Part shown: in pieces, positions 25,811 to 37,428 of the stretch
Position numbering within the stretch: the stretch's first letter is position 1
Layout: every line of letters starts with the position of its first letter
NCBI GenBank assembly: GCA_002269645.1
Contig: NIVC01003061.1
Coordinates: forward strand, 57,834-121,833
DNA length: 64,000 nt
Source: Macrostomum lignano
Taxonomy: Eukaryota
Direction: 5' to 3'
Translations under genes and position numbers: made by a program
The notes under the pieces: generated by a model
Database searches by the model: none
What the model was told of the DNA's origin: nothing
Seen by the model: the letters and a program-made list of their open reading frames with translations, nothing else

Positions 25811-26599
25811 GCGAAGCGAACAATGGTCCTACGTCCATGGCTGTTGACGACAACGACGAGGCGGCTGCGGCGGCGAAGGCGACGGCACGGCGACGACAGC
25901 GTTCCGGAACAGCGTTGGCGTGGCAACAGCAGCGGCAGCGACTCCAGGCGGTGACTTCCGGTCATACGCGAGCGTGACCATAGCACCTCGTCCTCCTCCA
26001 ACTAGGCAAACCTCCGAAGCCACACCAGTCTTTGAAGTAGACGCTGACGCGGCTGGTGACCAGCTGAAGTTTCTGGAGTGGCTGGCAGCAAACTTCCAAG
26101 GTTCCATCCAAACTAATCCAAACTAACCATCCAAACTAAGCCCTTGGCTAACGGCACCGGCTTTGTGTTGACACCGGTCACGACTCGAAATCACGAGATT
26201 TTGCTACACGGTGAACTAAGAGTGCCGTTGCTAGGCGACGAACTAGTCACCAGGCCGCTCCCAGGGCCAGGCCACTTCTTAACAACAGCGTCAGTGCTGA
26301 CCAACAGACTAAGGTCAACCAAGTACAGCAAGGAAAAAGATCCCATGTGACCTTTGTCATCCGCGACGTCCCGACCAACATTCAGGAGGCCGGATTCCTG
26401 CAGATGCTCAAAGGCGACCTCGGGCTCAACATCGAGAGCGTCTGAAGAATCAGATAAAAAAACACTGGGTATTCGACCCAAATGCTTAGTGCCTTCACCA
26501 ATGACGAGTCCCTTCCCTGGCGGCACGGTGCGTTGCTGACGGCATCTCAACGGACTTCTGCCACTACCCTTGCGAGGTGAGCCGCACGATGACACCAGT

Positions 26600-26790
26600 G
26601 AGAGAGTAGCAATGCCAGCGATGCCAGGCCTTTGGACACTCGGCACGAGTATGCGAGGGGGGCATTGCCTGCCGGATCTGTTCTGAACTCACCACTGGAA
26701 AGACTGCCCCAGACCGGAGGAGCCGCATTGCGTCAACTTTGGAGAGGCCTACAGAACCACCAGCCACGCCAACAAAATGCGCGACTCCGC
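26600..26790 (+). pseudogene. Gag-like zinc knuckles of LINE ORF1
   Basis: QCQRCQAFGHSARVC, then (frameshift) CRICSE-HHWKDC, then a degenerate CVNFGEAYRTTSH. This triple-knuckle layout is typical of I/Jockey/R1 ORF1. Confidence 0.8.
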
Positions 26791-26974
26791 CACCAGACAA
26801 GCCGCTGCCGTGAGGCTGCGGAGACGGAGCTCGAACGCCAACGCCAACAAACTGCCGACTCAGCGCTACCGCCGCCGCCGCTGCCACCGCCAGTCTCAGC
26901 TCCTACCCAGAGCGCACTTCCGGCCGACAACCAGACCCGGTCCAACATCCTGCAATTGACATTCAAGTACTGGT

Positions 26975-28000
26975 AAGTGGGCTGGTGCCTGCAACAGTTC
27001 AATTGGTGATTGAGATGGTCACCAGGACTCTGGCTGGGTCAGCGTCGGGTCCATTTGCCTCAGCCGATGCCTGTCAAACGGTGTCGGATGTGGTAAACCC
27101 GCATCTGGCAGAGGTTATACGCGTTTATCCCCGGGGCCTTTGAGTTTGTGTTCTCACTTTTTTAAGATAGATGTCTAGCGGTCTAAGGTTTGTACAGCTC
27201 TAATTTCTCCAATCAGGCCGTCAGAGAAAACCGTATAAACCGACGGGATCTCCTAGTATCTAAGCTGAGTTTGAGTCTCTCTAGGATTTGCTCTGCGCGG
27301 CAATTAAGACAAATGATTATATTGAAGACTTAGATTTGTGCCGACTGGATAATCCAGAGACCAATTCAAAGGGAGCAATTTGAGATCGAAAACTGCGCAA
27401 GAAAACGAAGCGCCGTTCCAGTTTGAGATGGACGTCTATTTATACCAATTCGCATTTTTGACCTCCCCATCGCCGCCGGTGGGGTGTCTTCGCGTGGTTA
27501 GCAACGGCGGGGTTTTTTAAGCAATAAAAATCTAGGACTCAGTTCCCTAGCTGTACATGAATTTGGTTAGTTCTAGTAGGTTGCTAAGCGTGAGGGTTAG
27601 AGATTATTCGGGGTTTCGCAAATCTATGTGTTAAGTTGGATAAAATTTGGGATAGAAAGATTATAGAAAAATAGCTTAATTTTCCGTCTCTTAACTCTGT
27701 CCATTGAAGATTAAACAGTCCTCTGTTTCTCTCGGTTGTCAGGCAGCTTGGGGGTTGATCTCGCCTTCTTGGGCCACTTCAGGTTGGATAGGAGTCTCTA
27801 GGTGGGCCTCACGTTTTCTCCCTCAGGGTGCGCCAGAAGACGCCGCGTGCCGCGTTGTTCTCTAAGCTGGGCCGCTTCTCCCAGCCAGTTTAATCGCCAT
27901 TATTCCTGCGGCGGGGTGTCGCTACTGACTGGAATGGAAAGGGACTTAATTAGATTCGGCTATTCAAATTGATTGACAGCTGATTAATTATCTTAGAGCT
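26975..28000 (-). mobile_element. Antisense, highly degenerate LINE RT 3' fragment inserted between ORF1 and ORF2
   Basis: Minus-strand fragments PVSSDTPPQ, ELV*IDVHLKL, LERLKLSLDTRR and RLDIYLKK resemble CR1/L2-type RT C-terminal motifs. Confidence 0.4.
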
Positions 28001-28279
28001 GCTTCTGTTGGCTGTTCTCATAAGTGTTCTCACAGTCTCTATTGTGCTTTCCTGCCTCGCCCTTCACTGCGCCTGGACTTTTCATAAATTTCTATCTATC
28101 TTCTAACTTAAGGTAAAGTTCAGATTTCTAACTCTTATAGAGGTGATCGGCCGGGGTCTGGGTGGCCATCCTGCCCCGCTACCCAGGGAAAGTTGGCCGG
28201 CAGAGCGTCTGTCCGGCCAACCAGGTACCTAGAAATAAATGCGGAAACTACAATTCAATTGTGAAAAATAAAGTATCAA

Positions 28280-30700
28280 AATAGCGCACCTTAACTGCAG
28301 AGGGATCAAACCCAAAGTGAAAGAACTTAGATTTTGGCTCCGAACTAATAAAATAGGCACAGCCCTGTTCTCTGAAACAGTCCTCAGCTCCCCCCGACCA
28401 TGCTCATTTCCTGGTTACGGAACTGTTCATTTCGATACCCAGGACACAAAGAAAGGCCTCCTTGTCCACTCACCAAAGGTCCAAATCACAAACTATGCTC
28501 TGACCTACGACAAACACTCACTGGTCTACAGAAATTCTTCACTGGACCAGCTTGACACCAACCTCCTCTCCAGACTCCTTTCAGACAAACATAGCCTCCT
28601 GCTGGGGGACCTAAATGCTAGGCATGGGTTCCTTTGAAGTGAGAGTAGCTGTAACAGAGCAGGGAAGCAACTCCACGAGCAGGCAGCAAACAATAAAATC
28701 AACCCAGTCATCTATAGGAACGTTCTAGACTTGGGCATTTCGACAACTGACTTCAGCCCCTGGATAAGCAAGTTCTACATCGGAGATGATGTGGGCAGTG
28801 ACCATCTTCCCATCTTCGTCACCCTTAACTCCACACCCCCACCAGTCTGGTCAGGACCGGAAAAATCAAAAAAACTTCAACAAAGTAGATTGGGACACCT
28901 TTCAAGCCCCCTTAAGAGAAAACAAGCTTCACAAAAAAGAAGACACAAGATCACCTCTGGACTCTATTACCAAAATTGACCAGGAAGCCAAAACCATCAC
29001 AGAAGTCATCCAAAAGACTATTGAAGAGGTTTTTCCAACCAGAAACCTTCAAAGACCTCTCCCTCCGGATCTCCAACCAGACAAGAGATGACTCCTTCAG
29101 AAGGAAAGCCATCCAGATTGCCAAAGTAATTAGGAGATGTCTTTTGGGCTAGAAAACTTACCAAAATGTGTGAGAGAATAGTCGAAAACAGTAACAACAA
29201 AAAATCAAGGACTGCTGGAGAGACACTAAAGTTCCCATGGGCAAAAACAAAACAGGAACTATTCCCTCGCTTTCCACGGAAAGGAAACTGCTCACACTGA
29301 CATTGACAAAGCAAACCTCATTGCAACCACTCTCTACAATAGGATGCATCCCATTTCATCCACCAGCATTTTCTTTAAAGAAGAGGTTGAAAATGTGTGC
29401 AAGTTCAAGCCCATCCCACAAGGCAGCTGTCAAGATAACGCATCCATTGGAGATCCCCTTTACTGCCTCTGACACAATCTGGGAGCTCTAACATCTTATT
29501 GTAAACAGCGCCCCTGGACTTGACAAAATCTCCAACAAAGTCCTTAAATTTGGCCTTGAAGGCGTTGCGATCAACCGAATCACCAACCTATTCAACTACT
29601 GCTTCAAAACAGGCATCTTTCCCACGACATGGAAGCAGGCGGTGGTCACGATGATCCCCAAACCTAACAAACGCTTGCAATCACCTAGCTCTTTTGGACC
29701 AATTAGCCTACATCCTGCTTAGAAAAAGTCTTTGAAAAACTCCTGTTGAGAAGACTTATGAAACACTTAGAAGCAAACAACACATTGGGTAGTGATCAGT
29801 GTGCTTACCGCAAGGTCCATTCTACACTTGATAATCTAGTTTGGCTCGTCCAGGATGCCCTGGTCGCTGAGGCAGAACACTTGAGATGCCTAGACATCTT
29901 CTTCGACGTGGAAGGCGCCTTTGACACAATCGTCCACGACTATCTCAGATACAAAATATTCCAAGTCGATCTGCCAACAGCCATCACCCGGATTTGCTCC
30001 AACTACCTTGAAAACAGGAGTATGCAAGTTAAGGTCAACAGCGTCCTCAGTTACTTGTATCAATTCAAGGCAGGTGTCAGCACAATGCCCCAAACGGGTC
30101 ACCCAAATACATAAAGAAGTCAATTCGATGATGACATGGCCATCTGGGGTATCGCCAAATCTTTTGGGGAACTCCGAAATCAAATACAACCGTACCTGAA
30201 CAGCATTTGGGCCTAGTTCGGAGAACAGGGTGTTAAAATCAATGCAAACAAAAGTCAAGCCACAGTCTTTAACTATGCCCTCAGCAAATCCGGATAGAAG
30301 GGATATCAGACCCGAATTAAAACTAGGTGATGCAACTCTGACCTATCAAAAATAAGTAAATTTCCTTGGCATCAATCTCGACTACAGACTCACTCTTAAA
30401 GCACCATGACCTATCCCTAATCTAGGTGCCCCAATCTAAGTACTCAAAAATGACAACATTACAAAACTCCAACAAACGCAAAACATTGCCGTCAAAATAT
30501 GCTATGGCGCCCTAAGCTACACAAAAATCAAATTTCTTTATGAGCTAGCCGAAATGCCGACAGGATCGTGGACCTGGGCGTAGGCTGGCTCAAAAGGCAC
30601 AAAATGCCAATGCACAGGAATTTCAGAACGAACCAAACTTACCCAGAGCAGCTCAAAGAAATCACCCGTTCCTTAACAAGCTCTAGTGCAAACAAAGAGA
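28280..30700 (+). pseudogene. LINE ORF2 (AP endonuclease plus reverse transcriptase), pseudogenised
   Basis: LNCRGIKPKVKELRFWL..LFSET; LLLGDLNARH; GSDHLPI; SAPGLDKISNKVLK; WKQAVVTMIPKP; DQCAYRKVHST; FFDVEGAFDTIVH; QFDDDMAIW; KFLGINLD. Confidence 0.9.
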
Positions 30701-31088
30701 GCTGGCCGCTTCTATGCCTCTGATCCCATCGAGATTAACAAATAAGGCAAAAATAACCCTAAACAGCGATGCATAAAAAAACCATCAAACAAAAAAACTT
30801 GCCGAAGATGGTCGGACCGGCTCCCAAGCTAAATTCACATATCGTGAATTGGCTGCGCAGGCGCCACACTGTGGATAACCTATCTTACAGTGTCACTCGG
30901 GGTACGCGGACAATTTCAGCCAAGAACCCGCGTCGGGCCCGAAGACCCTAACCTAGCAGACCTCAAAGGCCCCTTATCTTTTACCCATCAGCGACTGTAT
31001 TAGGACTGTATTACTGTGCTAAATCAGTAACATACTTATACTATCATTCCAGATATTGGAAGCAGTCTGTAACACAATCTTGTACTAC

Positions 31089-31530
31089 ATGGAAGTTCCT
31101 GTGGCCATCCAGTCGACAGTGAGTAAGCGAGGGAAAAGGAAGCTGGCCTGTGGGGTCTATTATTACACCCTTGATAAGGTCAGTGTCGCTGATGAATCTG
31201 TAAGCTTTTGGGATTGCGAAGAAGGGCGGCACCATTCCTGCCCAGAGCGAATCCACGTTCAGAATGGCATGCGGATTAAACAGCTGCATCATCATACTCA
31301 TGGACCAGATGGTTCCAGGTATTTGGCCCTTAGCTGTGGGAAATATGAGAAGGGAGGCTGCGGATACACAAAATTCGACAGCAAATATCCTTGCAAATCA
31401 TGGAGGCAGCTTTCCTGATGCCGCTGTAGTTGCTTTACCGAAGCAAACGGTGCAAAACGTTGCCTCCAAAAGTTGTCCAAAACGTGCCCTTTCAGCCACA
31501 AAGCCGCGTAGAACTGGTTCGAATCCATAA
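31089..31530 (+). mobile_element. MULE (Mutator-like) transposase N-terminal remnant with FLYWCH domain
   Basis: SKRGKRKLACGVYYYTLDK...FWDCEEGRHHSC...HHTHGPD, then (frameshift) NMRREAADTQNSTANIL...ALPKQTV. No DDE domain follows. Confidence 0.7.
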
Positions 31531-31807
31531 AATTTTTGGCTTTAATTTGAAGTACTTTACTTACTACTGACGGGGGGCGCAGGCGCCGCGAATAGACCGC
31601 GAGGCCCCTATCGCAACCTCAAGGTATTTGAAGTAATTTTTAAAAGTTTTACTGTCTACTTGCACGAATCTGCGTCTTGATTTTTTTTCATGGCTCTGAA
31701 GTGCCTTCTGTTAGTTTAAGAAGATTAAGAAGTAGAAGTTTGCGGATAGGAGACCATTAACCCTGCTTGATAAGAGAATAATCCAGTGGATTTCATTTCC
31801 AAAACAG

Positions 31808-34800
31808 ACTGCTGATGGCACGACGCCAGGCGATGAGACTGCAGGCGAAGGAGGCGAGCAGCAGCAGCAGCAATCCGACACCCCGCTATTTGGCATTGGC
31901 CCATCTAATGTAAGTGGCAATTTTTTTTAGTGAATCAAAACGTATACGAAAACAGTTTTAAGAGCGAATAGCATAATTTTGGTATTGAATACCTCCATCC
32001 TAGTCTTCTAGCACTTAATTGAAAAATTAAAGCTTAGTTTCTATAGTGCAACGTTTCGACCCTTCATGTATCGAAGAATCATAAAAATGTTTAAAAAGTT
32101 GAATATCTAAGATGGATTCTAAAATATTTTTGAAGAGATTATGACGTTGCTAGTTTAAGTGGTCCCGCAAAAGGGCCGTTGGACTATAGTTTCCCTTGCA
32201 ATTTCTCATTTTAATTTCTCCAATAGTTTATTTTAACGTTTACTTATAGTAGCGTGCAAATAATCTGTATCAACTGCTAATTCACTGTGTATTTGGTAGG
32301 CCTTGCGCCCGTCTGTGAATTTTGGCACGATCGATAATTTCAAGTTCTCTCGCCAGCCAATGAAGGCTCTCCGTGTTTACGCTACCCCCCTTTTGCGCTC
32401 TTTATTAACCCCCCGCCTGGCGGCGGGCCCCTCACCTTCCTCTCCCTCCTCCACCTTCCTCTCCTTCGCTCCTTCTCCTGCCTTCTGTCTGATTTCGGGC
32501 TGCCTCGAGCCCCCCTTATCTCTCGCCACGGCTCCTCTGTCTGGGCCAGCCTGTTTACACTGCCTGCCACTGTCTGCCACGGCTAACGCCAATCTCACCA
32601 CTACGCATCTGCCTCTTCTGTGCTCATCGCCGTTACTCACCACGTTGCATCGCCTTGCATCACTCGCCTGCCACTCGACTGCAATTTCTAACTCACCTTC
32701 AATTCAAAACCATTGTTGCAGCCGCCAGTGTCCCAAGCGCAATAAGTTCTATATTGACATTAACCAATTTGAATATTGATCTCAACAATAAATCAACTAC
32801 GGCAGTTCCCTGCCTTGTACGCCAAGTGCTCCGCTACACAATCCGCTTCTCAAGACTTGACTCGATTCATTTTGGGACTACGACTTACGACAACTCTCGT
32901 AAAACGGCCCTTCTAAGGGTCATAGCCTCTACGCCAATAACGTGACAAGATTCATTGTTACACAGCGAGGACTACTTTTTTTGTATTATAAAATGCGTAA
33001 TTTAAAATGTATCTTAATTTTTCGGGACTAAATGGCGAGATTTACAACTTTCTGGATGCTGCGTCATATTTAGACGTATTTGAGCTGCACAAGCGAGAAC
33101 CTCTTTTTTCCATCCGAAGAAGACGCATGTAATCAGCGCCGTACTGGCAAGACCTATTTCTTTTGGTCCATCCGATTCGTCTAGAAAAATTCAAAGACTC
33201 TGGAAGACGACGCCGGCTGTTTGCCTTGCTACGAGCTGATACTGGAGTGTATCGAAGCGACTTAGGTATCGCTCGCGACATAAGGGCCGAACCAGTTCGG
33301 AAAGAAGAGGCGGAGACGTCAGAAAATGTCGCTGTGTTTGAAGCAACAGAGTCTCGATTCAAAACTCTTGATTTGATCTGGCGTCGCGTCTCTGCAGGTC
33401 TTGGTCGGGACATCTTTCTGACTGACCTTTTAAATCTTGATGTGTTGGAAGCGACATGTCTCTATCAAGTCGGCGGGAGAAGCTCCCAAATTCAGATTTT
33501 GGCCCTTAGGTGGCTCATCAGGCGCCTGCTAGAACGGCTTTCGCGGCCAACGCAAGCATCCAATCAGCTGCTGGATGAATTAAAATGCACCCGCGAACTA
33601 CTCATCAACGCTGACCAGCTGCTGCTGAACCCAACGTCTCGAGCAGCGAAAAAAGCGAAGATTGCGTCGAGGCGCTATCGAACTTCAGAAGTTCGGCGAA
33701 GTCAAGATGACGCTTGGTGCCTTCAGATCATGAAGAAACTGCAAACTTCTTGAAAATTTCACGCGCAAATTCCTGCCTTCTCTCTGTTCCCACTGATCAG
33801 CGAGGGCACTCGCAGATCTCGATGGACGAGACCCGATTTTACGGAACGTAATTCAAAGTTCAGCACATGATTTTTCAACAGATGCACTACGACGCCTACA
33901 GGTAAGATTTTTTAAACCTATTATTAATGTGTCAGTCTGTCTGTCTGTCAATTCGTCCATCTATTTCGTCCCTTTCTACTTCCTCTCTTCATATGTCTGC
34001 TCTGCGTATCTACTATCTCACTATTTATCTTTCTGTCAAATTCATTTTCGTCTTCAAAAAATTTAAAATGTACACCAATGCATTCTGCATAGATATGTTA
34101 CTTGCTTTACATTCGTCTATCATTAATATTAATATTTTATTACCTACAATATTATCATTATTATTATATCACCTAAGTTATATTTAAACCACTTTATTTT
34201 TCTGCAGGTTTTTGCGCCTCTATCATGTGATCGACGCAGCATACTTCCAGCAGCAGTCGGACGGATCAGCTTCATCCACTGCAAACATGTCAAGGACAAG
34301 GTTGTCAACAGCAAAGGCCAGCCGGTGCTGTATCGTGCAGCACTTTTTCCAGGTGCTGTTACGGTTTCTGGAGGCCAACTGCCGCGATGAGCTGCTGACA
34401 AGCGAGTTCATAGACAACCAGCCGCTGCTTCCTGCAGTATTTGAGCCCAACGTTGGTTTCGGCCCGTATGCAACGCGTTGCGGTGGCAATGAGCGCGTCA
34501 ACTTGTTGCTCAGGAAATTGTCAAGGAAAAATGAGGTAACCCTCTCGCTTCACTTTCTAATTTTAACCATAAATCGCTCAAATAAAGTTTGACCAAAAAT
34601 AATTTCCAAGAATTATCTTGGCCAGAGCCATTCAACGATATTTTAATCAAACCCACGATACTAAAAGTAAATCTACCTTAAAACACAGATTAACGCAACA
34701 CACATCCGCCGAGCCCATGCGACCTTGTCCAACCGATTTCTGACGGACTCCGAGGAAAAGGCAGTCGTCCAGGCTCGACGGCACTTACCTGATGTCGCCG

Positions 34801-35516
34801 AACAATTCTATCAGGCCAAAAATCTCGTGGCGACGTTGGCTGCTCTGCGCACGATGAAGATAGACTTGCTGCTCTTCCCGTACCTGAAGACCGAGTCGTC
34901 AGCCTTCCGAACCTAGTCGATGAAGAGGACGATGACGGACGACGCGACGGAAGGTAAGCACAGAATATTTTGATTCAGTTATTCAGTGCTTCATCAAAAT
35001 AGCAATACTCATCTCTCATCTCATCTCACTTTTATATTTCCCCCATTTCCACTTTCCACTTTCTCTCTCTTTTCCACTTACATCTACGACTCTCATTCTC
35101 TCATTCTTTACTCGCTTTTTTAATACTTTCCTCTTCTGCCGCTCTTCTCAATTTTACCAAAAAATATTTCTTCATTATTCTATTAATTTAGTCGCCTATT
35201 CTTATAAATGAATCTCCTACAAAAAATCAGGAAACGACTTTCTGCAATTCTGGAAAGCAGCCCTGGACCCGAGGAGCTGCAACTGCAGCCGGAGCCAAAA
35301 CGGTTGCGCGCAACTAGCGACTACGTGGCGTCGTCGCCTAGCGCTCCGACTACGTCGACCCAAGCTACACTGAGCGCTAGCCTTTTTAATGCCGCGGCTA
35401 CCATCAGCTCAATTTCTGAAGACAGTCAGCAGCCGCAACCACCACCCACCAGACAATTTTATTTCACTGCGTGTTTATTTCACATTGACATTATGACCCA
35501 TGCAAGTTACAATTGA
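31808..35516 (+). pseudogene. Intron-containing tyrosine recombinase (Crypton-like) pseudogene; putative exons 31808-31909, ~33020-33901, ~34209-34534, 34689-34953, ~35231-35516
   Basis: Exon 34689-34953 encodes INATHIRRAHATLSNRFLTDSEEKAVVQARRHLPDVAEQFY, matching tyrosine-recombinase box II (x-x-x-R...A-x-A-T ... H-x8-Y). The upstream exon has a candidate catalytic-Lys hairpin HCKHVKDK. Canonical GT-AG sites; several frameshifts and stops. Confidence 0.6.
32140..32947. mobile_element. Solo LTR (808 bp) with AGAT target-site duplication
   Basis: Ends (T[A])TGACG...CGTGACA flanked by AGAT on both sides (32136-32139 and 32948-32951). Homologous, in inverted orientation, to 39296-40132. Confidence 0.85.
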
Positions 35517-35644
35517 ATATAATAAGTAAACTAATAAATATGTAGTAAAAAGCTTAAATTTAAATTTGATGTTTTATTAATGTTTGGTACAAAATGTTTT
35601 AACCAGTTGTACGATTTGTATTTTCATTTTTACTATCGTTAAAA

Positions 35645-35692
35645 TCTCCCCAACTATACTAAATCTCTAAAGTCTGTCTGTCTGTCTGTCTG
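35645..35692 (+). other. Candidate Helitron 5' terminus
   Basis: A|TC start followed by ...ACTATACTAAATCTCTAAAG and a (TCTG)n tract, the layout typical of animal Helitron 5' ends, upstream of the RPA and RepHel genes. Confidence 0.55.
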
Positions 35693-36168
35693 TGGAATTT
35701 CACTCTACAGATTGAATGCCTCAACCATTTTTAATCGCGTTTTCTGCAAAGCATTGCAAATTTTCCGGCCATTGTACCGATAAAATTTCCTTTGTCTGCT
35801 TCAATGATAAAGGTATTAAATATTCGAAAAACGAGTTTCTTCAATGCATTCAATGGGAGGCCAAACCAGGTAAAATTTTCGACTGACTGAATTGCAATTC
35901 CAATAGAGATTGCGCCACAACTTTTTCTCTATTCACTGTGTAGGCCTCAATACTTGCTGCACTAAGGGAGAGTAAAATAATGCTCAGTGGCTGCGTGTGT
36001 ACATTCTGACCTTGGCTGAATGGCGGACTGCATAGACAGTTTCTATTTATAGATTTCACTCAACTGTGCATTGGCTCTGCCTGCGCACTGAGCAAGCCTA
36101 TCACTGCTATGTATTTGACTGCAGTGCCGAAGCATATATGGCTGATTTTCTCAACTTTCCATCAATAG

Positions 36169-36243
36169 GCGGAGTAGCCGCACTGTAGGCACTAGGTTTA
36201 GGCTGGCCGCAAGGTCCCAGGTTCGAGTCCACCTGGCTGCGAA
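36169..36243 (+). ncRNA. tRNA-like sequence (tRNA pseudogene or SINE head)
   Basis: Perfect B-box GGTTCGAGTCC at ~36220-36230 and an A-box-like TAGCCGCACTG. A canonical cloverleaf and anticodon could not be assigned. Confidence 0.4.
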
Positions 36244-37428
36244 CACTTAAAATTGAATTAATTTATTTTGATTTGTAACTTATGCATCGACTAATTAGAA
36301 CATCTTTCGATTAATTGCGATTGAAGCATTTTTTATTAAGTAATATTTTTGCTTTGTAAAACTGCCTCGAGTGTTGCTGATCTCATCAATGGGGGTATTG
36401 CCAGACTCCATTAAAGTATGAAAAATGCTAAACTGCAGACAATGCTGCTAAAGTGTTGAAGGCAATGCTAAATCCTGAGTTGTGCAAAAGTCTTCCGATA
36501 TGTATCGAATATTGATTAGTGAGTCGTACTAAATGCTGAGAAAATTTAGTTTTTGAAGGAGACTGAGGAGTCGGCCGAGAGGAGAACTGCAGACTGCTAA
36601 GGGGATAAATTATGTAGACTGCAAAAATGACATGGCTGCAGACTGCTGAGGGGATTACTGCGGACTGCTGAGTGAAATATTGTAGTTTGCTGAGAGGACA
36701 ACTCTAGATGCTGGAGAAAACTGAAGACATCACCATATACTAATCCCCCTATAATAAATTTGCTAACCTGCATAGGGGAAGTTTCAGTCTTTTCAGTCTA
36801 CTGAGTGAACATCGGCAGATACGTTACGCCAGCTGCGGCCTGCTTTTGGGGTAAATTCTAAATTTATAATACTTTTATAATTCTACATTGATAATTATAA
36901 AGCTAAGCAGCTGAATACTTGATATTCCACCTCTCACTTTCTTTTCGACAAGTTTTTAAAGTGCAGAACCTCTCTCTGTAATGATATACTTATATATAAT
37001 TATCTCTTGTGATTCATTGTGCACTCCCAAGCTCACACACGGGGTAGTAGCCCCCGCAACTGCAACCCCTTGAATGTACATACATGTATGGAAGTTAACT
37101 TCTGTGTGAACTCGATAAACATTGGCCAACAATCATGCAGTTCGCAATTGCTGAAAATCAATAACTCAGTGTGCGCACCCCAAGCTCGGCGCTGATTGAC
37201 TGAAATCAATAAATCTCTCAGACTTGCTCTGCTGCGGATATAGTCTGATTGGCTGCATGCATATTTGTCAATGTTTCAAATATTTTGTGTACATTTACTA
37301 CGTTGTTTTGCGACTTGGGTAGTTCTGACGTTGTGCCAGCAAATATTTTATTACATTTAAGTAACCATTTAAGGGTCAGCTGGAACTGTTTTAACATTAA
37401 CTCAATTATCGTTGCAGTCATCTACACA

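Larger units (their letters stand above)
25106..30790 (+). mobile_element. Degenerate non-LTR retrotransposon (I/Jockey group) with ORF1 and ORF2, interrupted at ~26960-28250
   Basis: ORF1 with three CCHC-type knuckles plus ORF2 with APE and RT motifs, co-oriented, with many stops and frameshifts. Confidence 0.8.
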
